DNA of 64,000 nucleotides. Source: Paramecium tetraurelia. Lineage: Eukaryota. The stretch spans positions 1 to 64,000 of the forward strand of contig CT868418.1 in assembly GCA_000165425.1 (NCBI GenBank), read 5' to 3'. This document shows positions 15,831 through 29,838 of the stretch, in pieces. Positions within the stretch are counted from its first letter, which is position 1, and each line of letters begins with the position of its first letter. The position numbers were made by a program, and so were the translations under genes. A model generated the notes under the pieces. The model saw nothing but the letters and a program-made list of their open reading frames with translations, was not told where the DNA came from and made no database searches.

Positions 15831-16429
15831 CATTAAATTTTCTTTAGTAGTTTGAATAATTGAATAGTTAGGAAACTATCTTAAAGAAATATATATCATC
15901 AAATTGTTATGTAAGGTATATTAAAATATTTTACAAATTTCCTTTATGCGTAAAGGATTGTAAATTTTGAATAAACTTAAATTCATATTCCTTAACTATA
16001 TTTCAATATAATAATAATTCTATTATACATATATAATTTTGATATAAAAATCGCAACCAATTTAACTCTTTAAGCTAAACTGATGCAGAACTTATAATTT
16101 GTTATTGACTATTTCAATCTTAATTTAATATTTTAAGAAATCAAAAAAATAAATAAAGTTTTAGTCAATTTTTTGAGTAAATTGTATATAAATATCTCAA
16201 GATACTTCATAGATGTTAATCACTATATTAAATCATCTTATAATTTCTTTGTTTCATTATTTTTATTTTATTTTTAATACCCTACAATAATTAACAAAAG
16301 AAGGATATGTTTTTAGAATGAAAAATAAAAATATGATATTTTGACACTTTTTATTTAGGATAATGTTTTGTTATTAAATCTTTGGAATATTTATTTATTA
16401 TAAATAATTATTTTAAATAAATATCAATT

Positions 16430-17516
16430 ATGAGTAGAAAACAAACAAGTTCCAAGTATCATTTAAAATTTATCTCACTTTAGATCACCCTAGATTGCAA
16501 AATCTATCCACAAGCAAAATAAAGACTCAGATTCTAGTTCCTCAGAGAGGAGGTATGGCAAATTTTGGAAACCTAATGAGGATTCTTTATTATTAGAATT
16601 ACATAATCGGCATAACGGAAACTGGAAATTAATTGCTGAGGGCATTCCAGGTCGAAATCTTAGTTAGTGCTAATAAAGATGGAAGAGAATTAATCCAAAT
16701 AAAGTATTTTTGCATCTATTTTTTTGAATAAACTCCGAAAATAATGGACAGATTTGGAAGACCAAGAAGTGATAAGACTAGTTAATGAGCATGGGCGGAA
16801 CTGGAAATTTATTGAAGGACTTATGGAGGGCCGTTCGAGTAAATAGATCAGAGAAAGGTTCTTAAATAATTTGGATCCTGAAATAAATAGAGAAAAATTC
16901 ACAATATAAGAAGATCAAATCATTTTAGAACAATATCGAATATATGGTCCTAAGTGGAGCGAAATTGCAAAAATGTTAATTCGAAGACCAGTACAGTGAG
17001 GACCTATCATTAGGAAAATTAAGTGAAGAATCGATTTTACTCTTATATAAAAAGAGTTCATATGTTAGATGAAAGATCTGACGATGACGAAGATGATCGA
17101 TCAATGGAATCAGAGCCAGAGCAACCACAAAAATAAGTTCCGAAGTCTAATTTGAATGTGTCTCAGCCCATATACCAGCCCTTAGATACAATTTAGAGTT
17201 TGAAAGAGGAACATGACAATACTAAAAACGATTCATTGTTAATAAATTAGACACCATCTCATCGTATCTAGCAATCTATTAATTTGATATAAGGTCGTTT
17301 TATCATTTATTTCTAGATTCATTTGATTCTAAGTAATTTGGAGGGATTGAGGAATAAGATGTTTCCCCCTTTAATTAATAACATAGAAAGATATTGGAAT
17401 ATAGCCCTATTAATTTTTAGTATGCCCATCATTAACCCAATTTTGACATGATCTAAGAGGACATTAAGGAGTTAAAATGCTAAATAGAAAGTTTCAATAT
17501 AGAACATCCTATTTGA
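16430..17516 (+). CDS. R1R2R3 Myb-family DNA-binding protein
   Basis: Three Myb repeats: WKPNEDSLL..NWKLIA..GRNLSQCQQRW; WTDLEDQEV..NWKFIE..GRSSKQIRERF; FTIQEDQII..KWSEIAK..ENQVKNRF. Intron 2 has no AG acceptor (see findings). Confidence 0.88.
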
Positions 17517-17901
17517 AATTAAATTTTATTTTTTTATTTTAGGAAGAAAATTTCTTACATATTTTAAATTTATATTCATTCTATCTTTCCTAAATGTTGG
17601 TTCGTTTAAAATAGCCATATGAAAATAATAACCTAATGATGATATATTGAGTCCAAGTCAAATCAGATCAATAGAAGTATTTTCAAAAGTTTTAAATTTT
17701 ATAATAATAATATATTTATTTGAATATCGATAAGGTACTAAATTAAATACCACATCTTATTATGAATTTAATATTTTCAGACCTAGAGTTTTTATGGATT
17801 TTTTGAATATCACATATTTGATTCATGTCCTATTAACGGACTTAAATCAGTTAATCTTATTTTAGTGGTTGTAAAATTTATATATAAATTTAAAATCTAA
17901 A

Positions 17902-19016
17902 ATGGGATAATGCAATAACTGTTAATCATGCTAAAAAACTGATGGCAAAGAGCTAACAGTAGATCAATAAGTATTTAAATATTTTAAGTGTTAGGCTTAC
18001 AGAACTAGTTAATAATAAAGTCAAGTATAATTATTATTAGCCTTCATAGACCAGCAAATAAAGAGTATCTGATATTAATGGCGATAAGGGAAGTAAAAAT
18101 AAGAAGATTAAAGCTGCAACAATAATACAAGCCCATTGGAGAGGGTATGCAGTTCGAAAGAAATAATAAAGAAAGTCAATTGGTACTAATGATAATCCAG
18201 GTGCCCCTCCGATTACTAATAAATATTTTAGCACTGATAAGGATTATGCCTAATAACATAGCAATTCAAAAACAAGAGAGAACAGACCACCCTTTAAGTA
18301 TAAGAGTGGTGCTATATATGAAGGGGAATGGATTGGAAATTCTAGGGATGGGTAAGGCACATAATTATGGAATGATGGAGCTAAATTTGTAGGATAATGG
18401 AAAAACAATATGGCTCATGGCAAAGGGGTGTTTTATCATGTGGATGGAGATGTTTTTGAAGGAACTTGGTTGGAAGACAAAGCATGTGGATTTGGTATCT
18501 ATACCCATGCTAACGGAGCAAAGTATGAAGGAGAGTGGCTTAACGATCTACAACATGGATTTGGAGTAGAAACTTGTAATTAATAATTAGATTATGATTA
18601 TAGGGGCAGATGGTTCTAAATACGAAGGCTAATATTATATGGGAAAGAAGCATGGCAAAGGAAAGTATACCTGGAATGATGATAGTTTCTACGATGGAGA
18701 TTGGGATAACAATTAGATTAGTGGAAAGGGAATCTATTAATGGAGTGATGGAAGAAGATATGAAGGAGAATGGCTAAATAATAATATGCATGGATAAGGA
18801 CATTACTATTGGCAAGATGGGAGATCTTATAAAGGAGGATATATCGATGATAAGAAACATGGTTATGGTGTTTACACATGGGCGGATGGCAGAAAATATG
18901 AAGGAGAATGGGTTAGTGGTAAACAACACGGCAGAGGGCAATATATTTTATTAGATGGATCAGTAAAAAAAGGAGAATGGATAGAGGGGAAGAAAATAAA
19001 AAACATCCAAAATTGA
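17902..19016 (+). CDS. IQ-motif plus MORN-repeat protein with MGQC N-terminus
   Basis: MGQCNNCQSC; IQ motif IQAHWRGYAVRK; about 10 YEGEW..GxG MORN units; three short introns. Confidence 0.93.
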
Positions 19017-19112
19017 CTTATTTATTAATTTCAAATGTTTATAACTATTCTCATTTATGAAATCAAATTAAATATTTATTGAATAAAGATCATTTAATTT
19101 ATTGATCATTTA

Positions 19113-20170
19113 TCATTTTTGCTAAATCATTCGTTCTATTAATTCTATTTGAGGTAAATTTACTATCTATATAGCTTCTTAATATAAATAATGATTATTC
19201 ATCAAACATTTCATTAGACTCATCTTTTTTAAATCTATCTGAGCCTCCATTTTTCTTTTTCTATATTATTTATTCAACTATGCTATAATTGTTTTATTGA
19301 TTCTCTATTTTCAGTTAAGAAGAAAAATATGATTTTTTTATATTTGAGAAGGGGCTTTTTTATCCATTTATTTATGGTGAAGGTATTTACATTGAATTTA
19401 TCCTTATATCACTTTTGCTCTGTGCATTCTTAGAATTTTTCACTGATATTGGATGTTATTCAGAATTTATCCCAGTATCAGGAGAGGTAATGATTTAAAT
19501 GTTTGACTTAGTCTTTTTTGGTTGTTTTTTAATTTCGGTTTCTTAGAATAGATTAGATTCTTCTATTTACCTAGAGTTATTTTCATCCTAAAAATCAAAT
19601 GATAATTTCCGATGAGTTTTATAATAATTTTGAATTTCAATACCGTATTTTTAATAAAATTCGGTTAGATAAATGTCTCGAAGAATTTTCAAATTAAATA
19701 TATCAAGGACTATTAAGCTTACCTAATATCTGGTCTATAAAATTTATTAATTTAAGAGATTATCGATTTATTGCTTTAACTCTTTTAAACATTAATAATT
19801 AATCTATTTTTATTAAATGTATTCTAATGTTGCTATTAAGTCTCCAAAGTAAGATTCTAACTAGCTTTATGGATTTTAAATTCTCTAAAAAATCTTCTCA
19901 GAATGCTAAAGAATCTTAGTAACCAGCCTAATTCTATCAATTTATTCTGATATACTTATATAAATAATTATGCAATTTGTAGTTTCGAAAATGTATGATC
20001 AATTAGTTGACTTCATTTTGACTTACTTATTCATCTAATTCATCTACATTCCCTATATCGTAATCCTAAACCAAATTCGATTCTTTTTTTTTGAGGATTT
20101 CTAATTCTGAGTTGACTGTATCGGAGCTAATTTAAATAACTCTTTGACAATAAATTTTTAACTCCTCCAT
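19113..20170 (-). CDS. Hypothetical protein
   Basis: MEELKIYCQRVIQISSDTVNSELEIL...; open with short introns; ends IELIERMIQQK-TGA. Confidence 0.7.
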
Positions 20171-20692
20171 AAATCAATAATAATAATTATAATGAAAATG
20201 CTATACGTAACAAGAATATTGATATTTTATAAAATTGCTTGTTTTCAGTATAATCAGAAGATGGTTAACAAGCCTTAATGAAGTATACTCTTAAAGTCCT
20301 TTTAAATATGGAGATTTTATTAATTAATATTTTTGTTTGTGAAATATAAGGATAGTGTTAACTTATGGGGGATATTAATGAAAAAGATAAAAACACTTCC
20401 ATAGGATGAAGAAATTTATTAAATGAGCAACCTACTGGTTGCTTTTAAAATATTTTTATTATTCAGATGTAAGAAATGGTGTATATGTGGTTTGTAAAAG
20501 GTACTTTGTTTTGTAAAGTTCTAAACAAAGTCATTTATTTAGGTTGTTGTTAACCTCAATGATACTTTAATAGTAAATGCTAAGAGATTATGTCAATTCT
20601 TCTCTAGTTTTTAATAAGATTAGACAATAACTAGTTTAATTGAATACATGATGAGTATACTTTTATTTAATAATAATAATTGAGATTAAAAT

Positions 20693-23600
20693 TCAAATTT
20701 CTGTATATCTTTCTATTGTCTTAATTATTTCAGTTTACATTACTTCAAAAAATTCATTTTGAATCTGTTTTTAATAATACTCCCATATTTTATTTATAAT
20801 ATCTTCTATAAATTTTCTTATATGCGATTTTTCTAACCAACATAATTTCCTCATAGTGAAAGAAACAAATTCACATTAAAAAGTTACTAACATATTTTTT
20901 TCAAATTAATTGTCAATACTTTCAACTTTTAGTTTATTTCCTGCATTGCCTCTGAATTAACTTTCATAAAATGAGTTCAATTAGCTTATCTCATACATCA
21001 TATCACTACATAATTAAGAATGTGCTTCTTGATACATTGTAATATTCATGTCTAACCTTCTTAGTATTGTAATTAATTAAATTTCTTTGTTTTCAAATTC
21101 TTAAGCATAACAATAATAACAAAGCCAAATCCAAGCTTCAACAAAATTATTTTTATCTATTTCTTTTAACTTTTCTTAGAATGTCTAAGCAACCTTCTCA
21201 ATTAATTCTAATTGAAATGGATTAATCAACAGTTAATTATTTTCCTTCTAAGAGTACATAATTTCTATTTATTCTTCCAAAAATTATTCCAAATCTTTTA
21301 GATTCTGTTATTCAAGTAATTTTCTTTATTTAAATGCATTTTAAACTTTTTCATTTCTTCCTAATATTTTCTAAATTAATGAAAATATTTATTTAAGATC
21401 ATTACTCTATATAGGTGAATCGTCTTAAAAATTATAAAATTTTATTTAAACCTGATTAAAATTTAGGTTTGTAATTGAAGTACAATCTAATTTGAAAATC
21501 AAAATGTTCTCTAAAACAATATTGTTATGATATAATTTTAAATCTTGTAATTTTGAGTATTCTTTAATTATCAATGAGATCAAACTTATTATTATATAAT
21601 AATTATTGTTTTAGTAGGTTTTTGATTAATTAGTAGTAATGATATTAATAAATGATTTTAAGTTGAAACAACATATAGGATTAAAAATAATGTATGATAA
21701 AAAAGGTCCCTTTAATTTTGATAAAATAATTCCTTAGTCTTCTCCTAAATATTAAAAGATATTTTAAACCCTATGCGTGTTACTCTTAGAAAAATGTTAT
21801 GAAGCCAATAGTAAATTAATTTATTACATAAAATAATAATAATAGAATTTTATAGAATTAAAAGCTCATTTTTAATTAATGTATATTTCATGTTCAAAAT
21901 TTATTTCAACTCGTCTCTTTTCTAGATACTTCCATTCTTATAAATTAATACTATATTCCTTGTTTTGAAAATTCTTTCATCTATTTGTTGATTGTTTAAG
22001 ATGATTTTACCATTTTTATGATTTTTCATAATTATTTCACACAATACTCATTCATAGAAAAATAGATAGATCTTAATATCAGAAGTTACTGTTTTCATTG
22101 ATATGTTAAATTTATACCATTTTGTTTAGTTACTCTTTTAACTCTTGCAAAGAGACTTATTTTAAGAATAAACTAAAAACTTATTTTAGTTTTCCTGTAA
22201 TAATAGTATTTTAACTGCTTTAAAATTGAAAAGGAATGATGATGTAAATGTATGAAGAATAAGAAGATAAATCGACATTAAAGGAATTAGGAGAAATATA
22301 AATCTGCATTAATAATAATTCATTCAAATTGTTATTGATTTTATTTGGAAGTTTACCAGATCTAAAAATAATGCACTCATAATTTCATCTATATTTACTT
22401 TCTCCTTTTAATCTTTCATTAAATGTATTTAATAGTAGTGAAAGTAGTTTTTGGCTAAAGTGCTGAGTTCCATATTAAAATGCAATTTTAAAATATCAAG
22501 TCCTCTCAGAAGATATAACACTCTCTCTTTGTAAGTTTAAGATTAAGTTATAGTTTAAATCAGTAAATTCTTATTGATTATCTTAAACTTTTAATCCTTA
22601 AGTACTTTTGTTTGCTGCTCTAGAAAGAATTATAGTATCTCTTAATCTGTAATTATTTTTCCAGACCATTCATATTTAAATATAGCTAATCTTTCATGAG
22701 TATATTAAAAAATGTCCTAAATCTGTCTTTCCAAGTCAGGTGTTGACTTTTTAAAATTCAAAATAGATAAATAAATCATCATTTTGTTAAAAGGAATGAC
22801 TTGCAAATTTTCTTATTATAGGCATTCATATATTTGATCTCTTAGGTACTCTTTGATAAATTTAATAATTTGAGTTTTATCATTGAGAACTTTAGAGAAG
22901 AACTTATCAAATAGATTATATTTCTATATTACTTTTATTATTATTAATTCTAATTTTGCCTCGCTGCTAGCTTCATTCTTAATGAGACTTGATAGTTTAT
23001 CAAATAGGTTTTATAGTTAGGGCTAGTTTGCTATTGGTTTTAGTCCTTCAACTACTTTAGTAAAATATTTTTTAGTCTATATTACAATACTTTAAAAATT
23101 CTCTAAATACTCTAATCTATTATATTGATCAGAAATTCCTTTATAAAATGCATTTATTGCCATATTTAATCTCTTGGTCTCTAAAGTTTAAATTGAATAG
23201 CCTAATGATTACGCAGATTCATTATCTTGATTGATATTTTACACAAAGATTTTCTTTGTGCCCTTATAATTAGAATTTACTTCAGGTTTTATTTTTAATA
23301 GATATTTAATATAATTCTTGAGATCTGATATATTCTTGCCATCATTGCTTTTGGGAACAAAGTTTAGGATATATACATTCCCAATTGTCCTTTTTACTTC
23401 CTTTTTTCCTTCCATTTTTACTTCCAACCATATTTTTGAAGAATCTAAATTCTATAATGATAATTTATCATCCATTTTCTCCTCTTTTAATATTATATCT
23501 TAAATATTGAGTAATTCTTAAATCTCATTTGCAAATTTTTTAAATTCTGCCTAGTCTGCATATAAAAAAAGCTCTTCTAAAGATATATGCATATTTCTCT

Positions 23601-24171
23601 AGAAATTATAAGTAATGAACTAAAATTCTTCATCATATATGATAAAATTGGAAAGAGGTATTTTTTTCTCCTTATTCCATAGCCTATGATATTTAAAGAA
23701 ATCGAATATCAAATTGAATGCGGCTCGTGATCTGCAATAATGGTAAATTTATGCTTTAATTTAAAATTCTAGCATTTTCTTTTATATTATTTATTTACTC
23801 TTAATATTTCGTAAATCATAAATAATATTTTATCACTTTCAAAACAAACCCAAATAAATTTTAATATTTGATAAGACTAATCTCTGTTCCTAAAATCAAA
23901 AAATTCTTAGATATAATTATTATTTCAATTCTTATAAAATACTAAATAATTGTTGAATGGTGATTTTAATACTCCATAAATAGCAATATATGCTTCAATG
24001 TAAGTTTTAATGATATAATAAATTTTTAAGAAGGATTTTCGTTAATAAAATAAAATACATTTTCTAATTATTTATTGAACCTAATTCTAATTTGATTCTA
24101 ATTTTAGGAGTACTTGGTTATAGAATTATTCTATTTTAAAAAAATCACACACAAATTTTAATCGATATCAT
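20693..24171 (-). CDS. Large hypothetical helical protein, probably disrupted
   Basis: Long ciliate-code open stretches (includes track ORF 23239-23427, extending through TAA/TAG), but several frame breaks (e.g. about 21100 and 22560) have no clear intron. Confidence 0.4.
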
Positions 24172-24473
24172 AAAATATGTATTAATTATTAGCCTACAAG
24201 AATGTTTAAATAAATAATTTCTATATTTTTTGTTCTTCAATTCAAATTTCGGTGAGAGCCAAATGATTAATTAAGAATAATAAGAATTAAATTAATTTTT
24301 ATTATATAAAGACTTATATAAAAAATGTTTATATTCTCAATTTAAACCAGCATATTTAAATGCACTAAGATTAGAAAATAAAATTTAAAAGCTCAGTTAT
24401 TGTAAAGTAACAAAATATTACATTTTTTGAATAATTTAATATTCTAAATATCTTTTTAAAAAGTGGACAACAA

Positions 24474-25734
24474 ATGTGTACTATTAAAACCTCGCTTTTT
24501 GAGAAAACAGAACCGACGAATTTTGAACGCAGGGTATGTGGTACTTGATTGAAAAATTTTTCTAATAATAAACAAAGGTAAAGGTCTTAGGGCTAATAAT
24601 AATAGAAGGAAGTTTTAAGATTAGATAGATAGGAAATTTGATTTGACTTCTATGGACTGCCAAATTAAATGGCAATATGAGTACCTTGCCAAATAATATT
24701 TAGGGATAACATAATAAAAGAGATGATGGTGTATAACACAAAATATAATTAACGAATTGTATATTGTGAGAAGCACACAATTTTGCTAGAATTGCAATCT
24801 AAACTAGATGGAAAAGCCTACTATAAAAATTTCAAATTGTTTTACCAGAAATTAGAGGTATTTAGAACCCATAAAAATGTCGAAGTAGTTAATCTTCATC
24901 ATCCAAATTTAGATTATGATATGTAAAAATATAATAACAGATGAAGTTTTGATAGCAAAATAAGTTCAGTTTCCAAGAAATAAGCACTCCGATTCTTATC
25001 ATAATGTAAAAATTCCAAAAATTTAGTCTTTTGTAATGAGTGAAGCTAAGATATATATGAAATTATCTTACAATCCCCATCAATATCTTTTAGGGGCAAG
25101 GTAAATTTACATTTGCGATCAATCAATCATTTATATCATGCATCATTGCAAAGGAGGAACACTTTATGACTATCTAATTGAGAATGATTAAAATTTGCCA
25201 GAAATAGTAACTAAAGAAATTATGAGAAAGTTACTAGAGGGGCTTAATCATCTCCATAAACTGGGAATTATGCACAGAGATTTAAAATTAGACAACATCA
25301 TGTTACTAAGAAAAAAAGATCCAAATTCAATTAGGATTATGGATTTTGGGTACTCTACTGTTGTTGATGATGAGAGGTTATCAAATTAAAGATGCGGGAC
25401 CCTTGGATATATTGCTCCAGAAATTTTAAATATGAATGACTACAACGAATTATGTGATATTTATAGTTTGGGATGCGTCTTTCATGCTTTATTAACAGGG
25501 AGAAAACTTTATAAAACACCTAAGTCCGCCAAAGCATCAGATTTGTTGATAATGAATAGAAATAGCACAATTTCAATTTCTTAAATTTGTAATCCTCATG
25601 CCATGGAATTATTATAATCAATGATATCTGCTGCTAAGTAAAGGTCCAGTGCTGCTGTCTGTTTGCAGCATTTATATTTTGAAGAGGAATTATTTTAGAT
25701 ACATTTAATATATTCAAATTTTTTGTTATTTTGA
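24474..25734 (+). CDS. CAMK-group Ser/Thr kinase with divergent N-lobe
   Basis: LIAKQ, SEAKI, CKGGTL, MHRDLKLDNIM, IMDFGYS, CGTLGYIAPE, CDIYSLG; no GxGxxG loop; four short introns. Confidence 0.88.
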
Positions 25735-26813
25735 CTTATATAAGAAAATCATAATGGACTTCTAATAACATTTTTATTCAAATATTAATAAATTTTAAAC
25801 AATTCTAAAATGAATTAATTAAGAGTTTGTAGAAGATCACAACACGGAGTATATTATTAATATTATTGTAGATTGAGACAATTTGATTTTCCCCAGCTGA
25901 AAAATCCATTTAAATCTTGAGAGAAAGTTGTGAGTACTTTTCTTTGTTTATTATTAAGATATTGGCTTTAAACTGGTTGTATTCAAATTATATTCATAAT
26001 ATTGTCTTAATAACCATAATCACCTCCAATCTAGTAATTTTAATTAATAAATTTCCTTTTTAAGAATTAATTTGTTTTTTTTATTTAACTCGTCATAACT
26101 TTAAACATTTAAACTTTTGCATAAATCATTGAATCAGAAGGTAAAATACTAAATTTATAAATCAAGTTTCATTTGCGAGTATATATCCAATCATGCCATC
26201 TTTATATATTTTCTTCTCTTTACACACCATTGTAGCCATTTCAAGATTAAATAAATAGTAATATTATATGATTAATTCAATTAAAATAATATTAAATCAT
26301 TTAAAATATGCCTTTTATTTATTCTTAAAATCAATAATTTTGAAATAAATTACAAAACATGACTATTTAAATTCTCTAAATGGCTATCATTTATTTAAAC
26401 TTTATAATTTTCTTATGTATCTACTTTGAAAGAAAGTAATATTATGTCCGATATTATATATCTACACGATATATTTAAAAAATATCGAATTTTCAATTTA
26501 TGAAATTATATAGACTAAATTATTTAGTAGATTCTAGTGATCAATAATGATATCAATAGAAGGGGCATTGTACAATTTGGTATAAAATGAGAAAAAAGTC
26601 TTTTGAAGCTAGTCTTGTTAATATAATAATTATTTTTTTATAAAGTAATCAAATAAGAATAAAATCTAAACAACAATTATAAATTATTATAGGTTTCTAA
26701 TAGTATTACTTAGTGAGGTTTGATTTTAATAAATTAATGTAAATTTAATAATTAAATGTGAAGAATTTAAGGATGAGCTTAATTTGAGTAATAAACAAAA
26801 AAATGAATTAAAT

Positions 26814-27792
26814 TCAACAGGATTGAATATTTTTTGGTATTTCAAATGGCTCTTTTTCCAAAGAAGAGCAATTAACTTGTTGTGAATACCTGCTACACCT
26901 ATGATGTTAATCGAATTCTTAAATAGCCTTACTTTCAAGCTTTATGCGGATGATGAAATAAACTAAAGGTTCGCTACTCACTAATTCTTTGATGCTAAAA
27001 ATTTCATTTAGATATGTTTCTAATTAGTTTTATCTCTCATGTATCTCATCTGGGTTATCAAAAGTTTATCCAATAAGTTTCCTTTTAGGAAAAGGAGGAA
27101 GTTAATTTTTGAATTACTTATTTTCCAATAAAGAATGATAATCCTTAAGCTTGCTATATCGAGTATTAAATTGATATTTAATATTCTTTTTTTAGTCAGT
27201 TAAGGTAACAGAATATAGCACGTAGTCTTGCTATTTCACGTATTCTTCAAATTTAAAATAGTATCTTTATTTATATCCGTTTGTTTTTTTGGATTAACTT
27301 TTTGATGGAGAAGAACTTACATCATGACGTTATAAATATTGTTGTTTTAATTCTTACATCTATGGCCAACAAACATCTTTAGTATATTGATGGTTTGTGC
27401 ATAATTGATTAATTGACTCTTCAAATGCTTCATTAAGTGGTTAAAGGTCTCTGATAAACGAGAATGTCCATAGCATGGATGTATTCAAGATGATTTCCAA
27501 GTATTACTACAACTCCAATCCCTAAAGAATTCTTATTAATTATTACTCTTGTTACAATATCAGTCTCAGAATGCTTAGTTCTTCCGAATAATTTTTTTTT
27601 GGGGAATTTCGGTAGATTCAATTTAAGTTTGAATTCGTGATTCTTTTATATAAGTTGCTCATTTAAAGCTCTCAAATCAGAGTATCTTTTGTAAATCACT
27701 TTAGAGTTGTGCAATCCATTCACAGTGATTTTGTAAAAAATTACATCGTTTCTTGTTTCAAAACCAGATATGGTTACCAAATACTTCATCAT
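26814..27792 (-). CDS. Tandem PX-PX domain protein (~317 aa)
   Basis: PX1: IYKRYSDLRALNEQL..LPKFPKKKLFG; PX2: FNTRYSKLKDYHSLL..LPPFPKRKLIG..ERQNQLETYLNEI; one intron. Confidence 0.88.
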
Positions 27793-28107
27793 TTTTACAA
27801 AGGAATTGTATTTTATATCAATAAAAAAATAATTATATGTATTAATTATATATAAATTAAATAAAAACGAAACAAGCATTAATAAATTGAAGATATCCTA
27901 TTAAATAATATGTTACTCAAACTTGTGAAATTAGATCTTGCTTTTTGCAACAGTGACAAAACATAATTGATATAATCAATAGTAGAAATCCAAATTATTG
28001 GAATACTTTTCTCTTAAGCAATGTTAATTTCTTTATTCAGAAATTAATAGTGAGATCAAATGCAAAACACTACATTATCAAAGATTAATATTTTAATTTA
28101 TAAAACC

Positions 28108-29373
28108 TCAATGCTTTTTTTTGTGATGATATTTCTTCTTCTTTTTGTTTCTACTTCTACTTCTAGAACTTGAACTGGAGCTGGAACTAGAACTCGAACT
28201 TGAACTCGAATGTAATCGTGCCAATTTCATTTCCTCTTGTTTCTTTTTGAACTCTTAAATTTTATTATAAGTGGTTTCATTCAAATTAGGTCTTGCCATT
28301 TACATGGTAAAGTCAGAATTTTGAATGACTTAACATTATACCTTTTGAATATCTACACTGCAGGGCAATTTTAAGTCAATTATTGATTATTCACTCTACA
28401 TGATTACACAATACTTGGATTCACTATTAATTTGTATATATATAATAATTACCTAATTTAATGAAATAATACACCTCCTAAAGTAGTCATGTGAGCATAC
28501 ACTTATGACAGATTTACTTTGCCACTCAGAATCACCGAATAAGGTTTCAATACCTCATTAAAAGGGTCTGTTCGCTTCTTCTTTTACACACAAAGCAAAG
28601 AGATGTTCTTTAAGACTAATGGTTGCTTCTTTAAGATCTATTGGCAAGGTATTCTTTCCACTTGCAATTCCAAATATTCATATGTAATGTCTCCGACCTT
28701 CTCAGATCGAAAGATTCCCTCAGGCTTCACCACTAAGTCGTAGGTCTGTTTAATCTCGGTTATGCATTCCTCGATGGTAAACTCCTTAGGTATTCCGAAG
28801 ATGTATAGTTATTCTTTCGATATGTTATCTAAATTGGTTATATTGGTACAATTATAGGTGGGGATGTACTGTTGGGGTTTCTCCTTCTCACGGGACAATT
28901 CTTTCTATTGGGACTTGCGATAATCACTCTATTATTCTTTCATCATATGTCCTTGTTCTTTGAGCATTTCAGTGTAGACTTTGGATAAGACTGGGATAAG
29001 CTTATCTCTCGTTTTAACGGAGACCTTTCCTTAATAAACTTTGAGCGCATCGTCATCATATTTGAATCCCACAGCTACATCAATTGTTTGTGTTTCCTTA
29101 TTAATTGAGCTAATTTGTAACAAATCGCATGGACCCTCTTTTAGAAAGAGAGATTCTTACAGCCTTTTAAATGCGTCCATGTAAATAAAACAAAAATTCA
29201 TCTTCTGGCAATCCTCCAATATACAAATCTTTGAAGTAGAAATGTATCCTAATTTCAGACTATCTCTCTTCCTTGTACTTGTCACATTGGTTAATAAAGA
29301 TCTTTTTCTCCGGAGAGGAAGATGAAGACGAGGATGATGATGATGATGAACTATTCTTTCTTCTCTTTGACAT
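28108..29373 (-). CDS. Ser/RS-rich protein with divergent RRM-like domains
   Basis: N-terminus MSKRRKN-poly(S); RNP2-like LYIGGLP and LYIFGIP; C-terminus poly(S)-RSRSRNKKKKKYHHKKKH-TGA. Confidence 0.75.
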
Positions 29374-29838
29374 TAAATTTAAATAAATTATATAAATTTT
29401 TATAATTACAAGTAATAAACAATCAAATAAAGAATAACCTATAATATTGTCTAAATGCTATTCAATCAAGTAAATAGGTGAACTAATTCAACTTAACATT
29501 TGATTACACAACATACTTATTTTTGTATTTAAATTTAGGTAAATTCTATGAATTTCATTTAATCTCTATTGATGTAATAATTTAATAGTTCAATCAAGCA
29601 ACCCTTTAAAATAGGGATAAGGAAATAATTACAACGGAAATCAATAAAAATATTTAGTTAATTCTTTAAGAGAAATGGATGTTTTCATAAAAAAGGTAAT
29701 AGAATTTATTATTTAACCAGCATGCCAGTTAGTATAGGATATGTCATATAGGAGAAGATCTGAGATCTGAAATGAAAAAGGGATGATATAATCCCAAGTT
29801 TAGAATGATAATAAAAATAATTAATTTAATTTATATTA

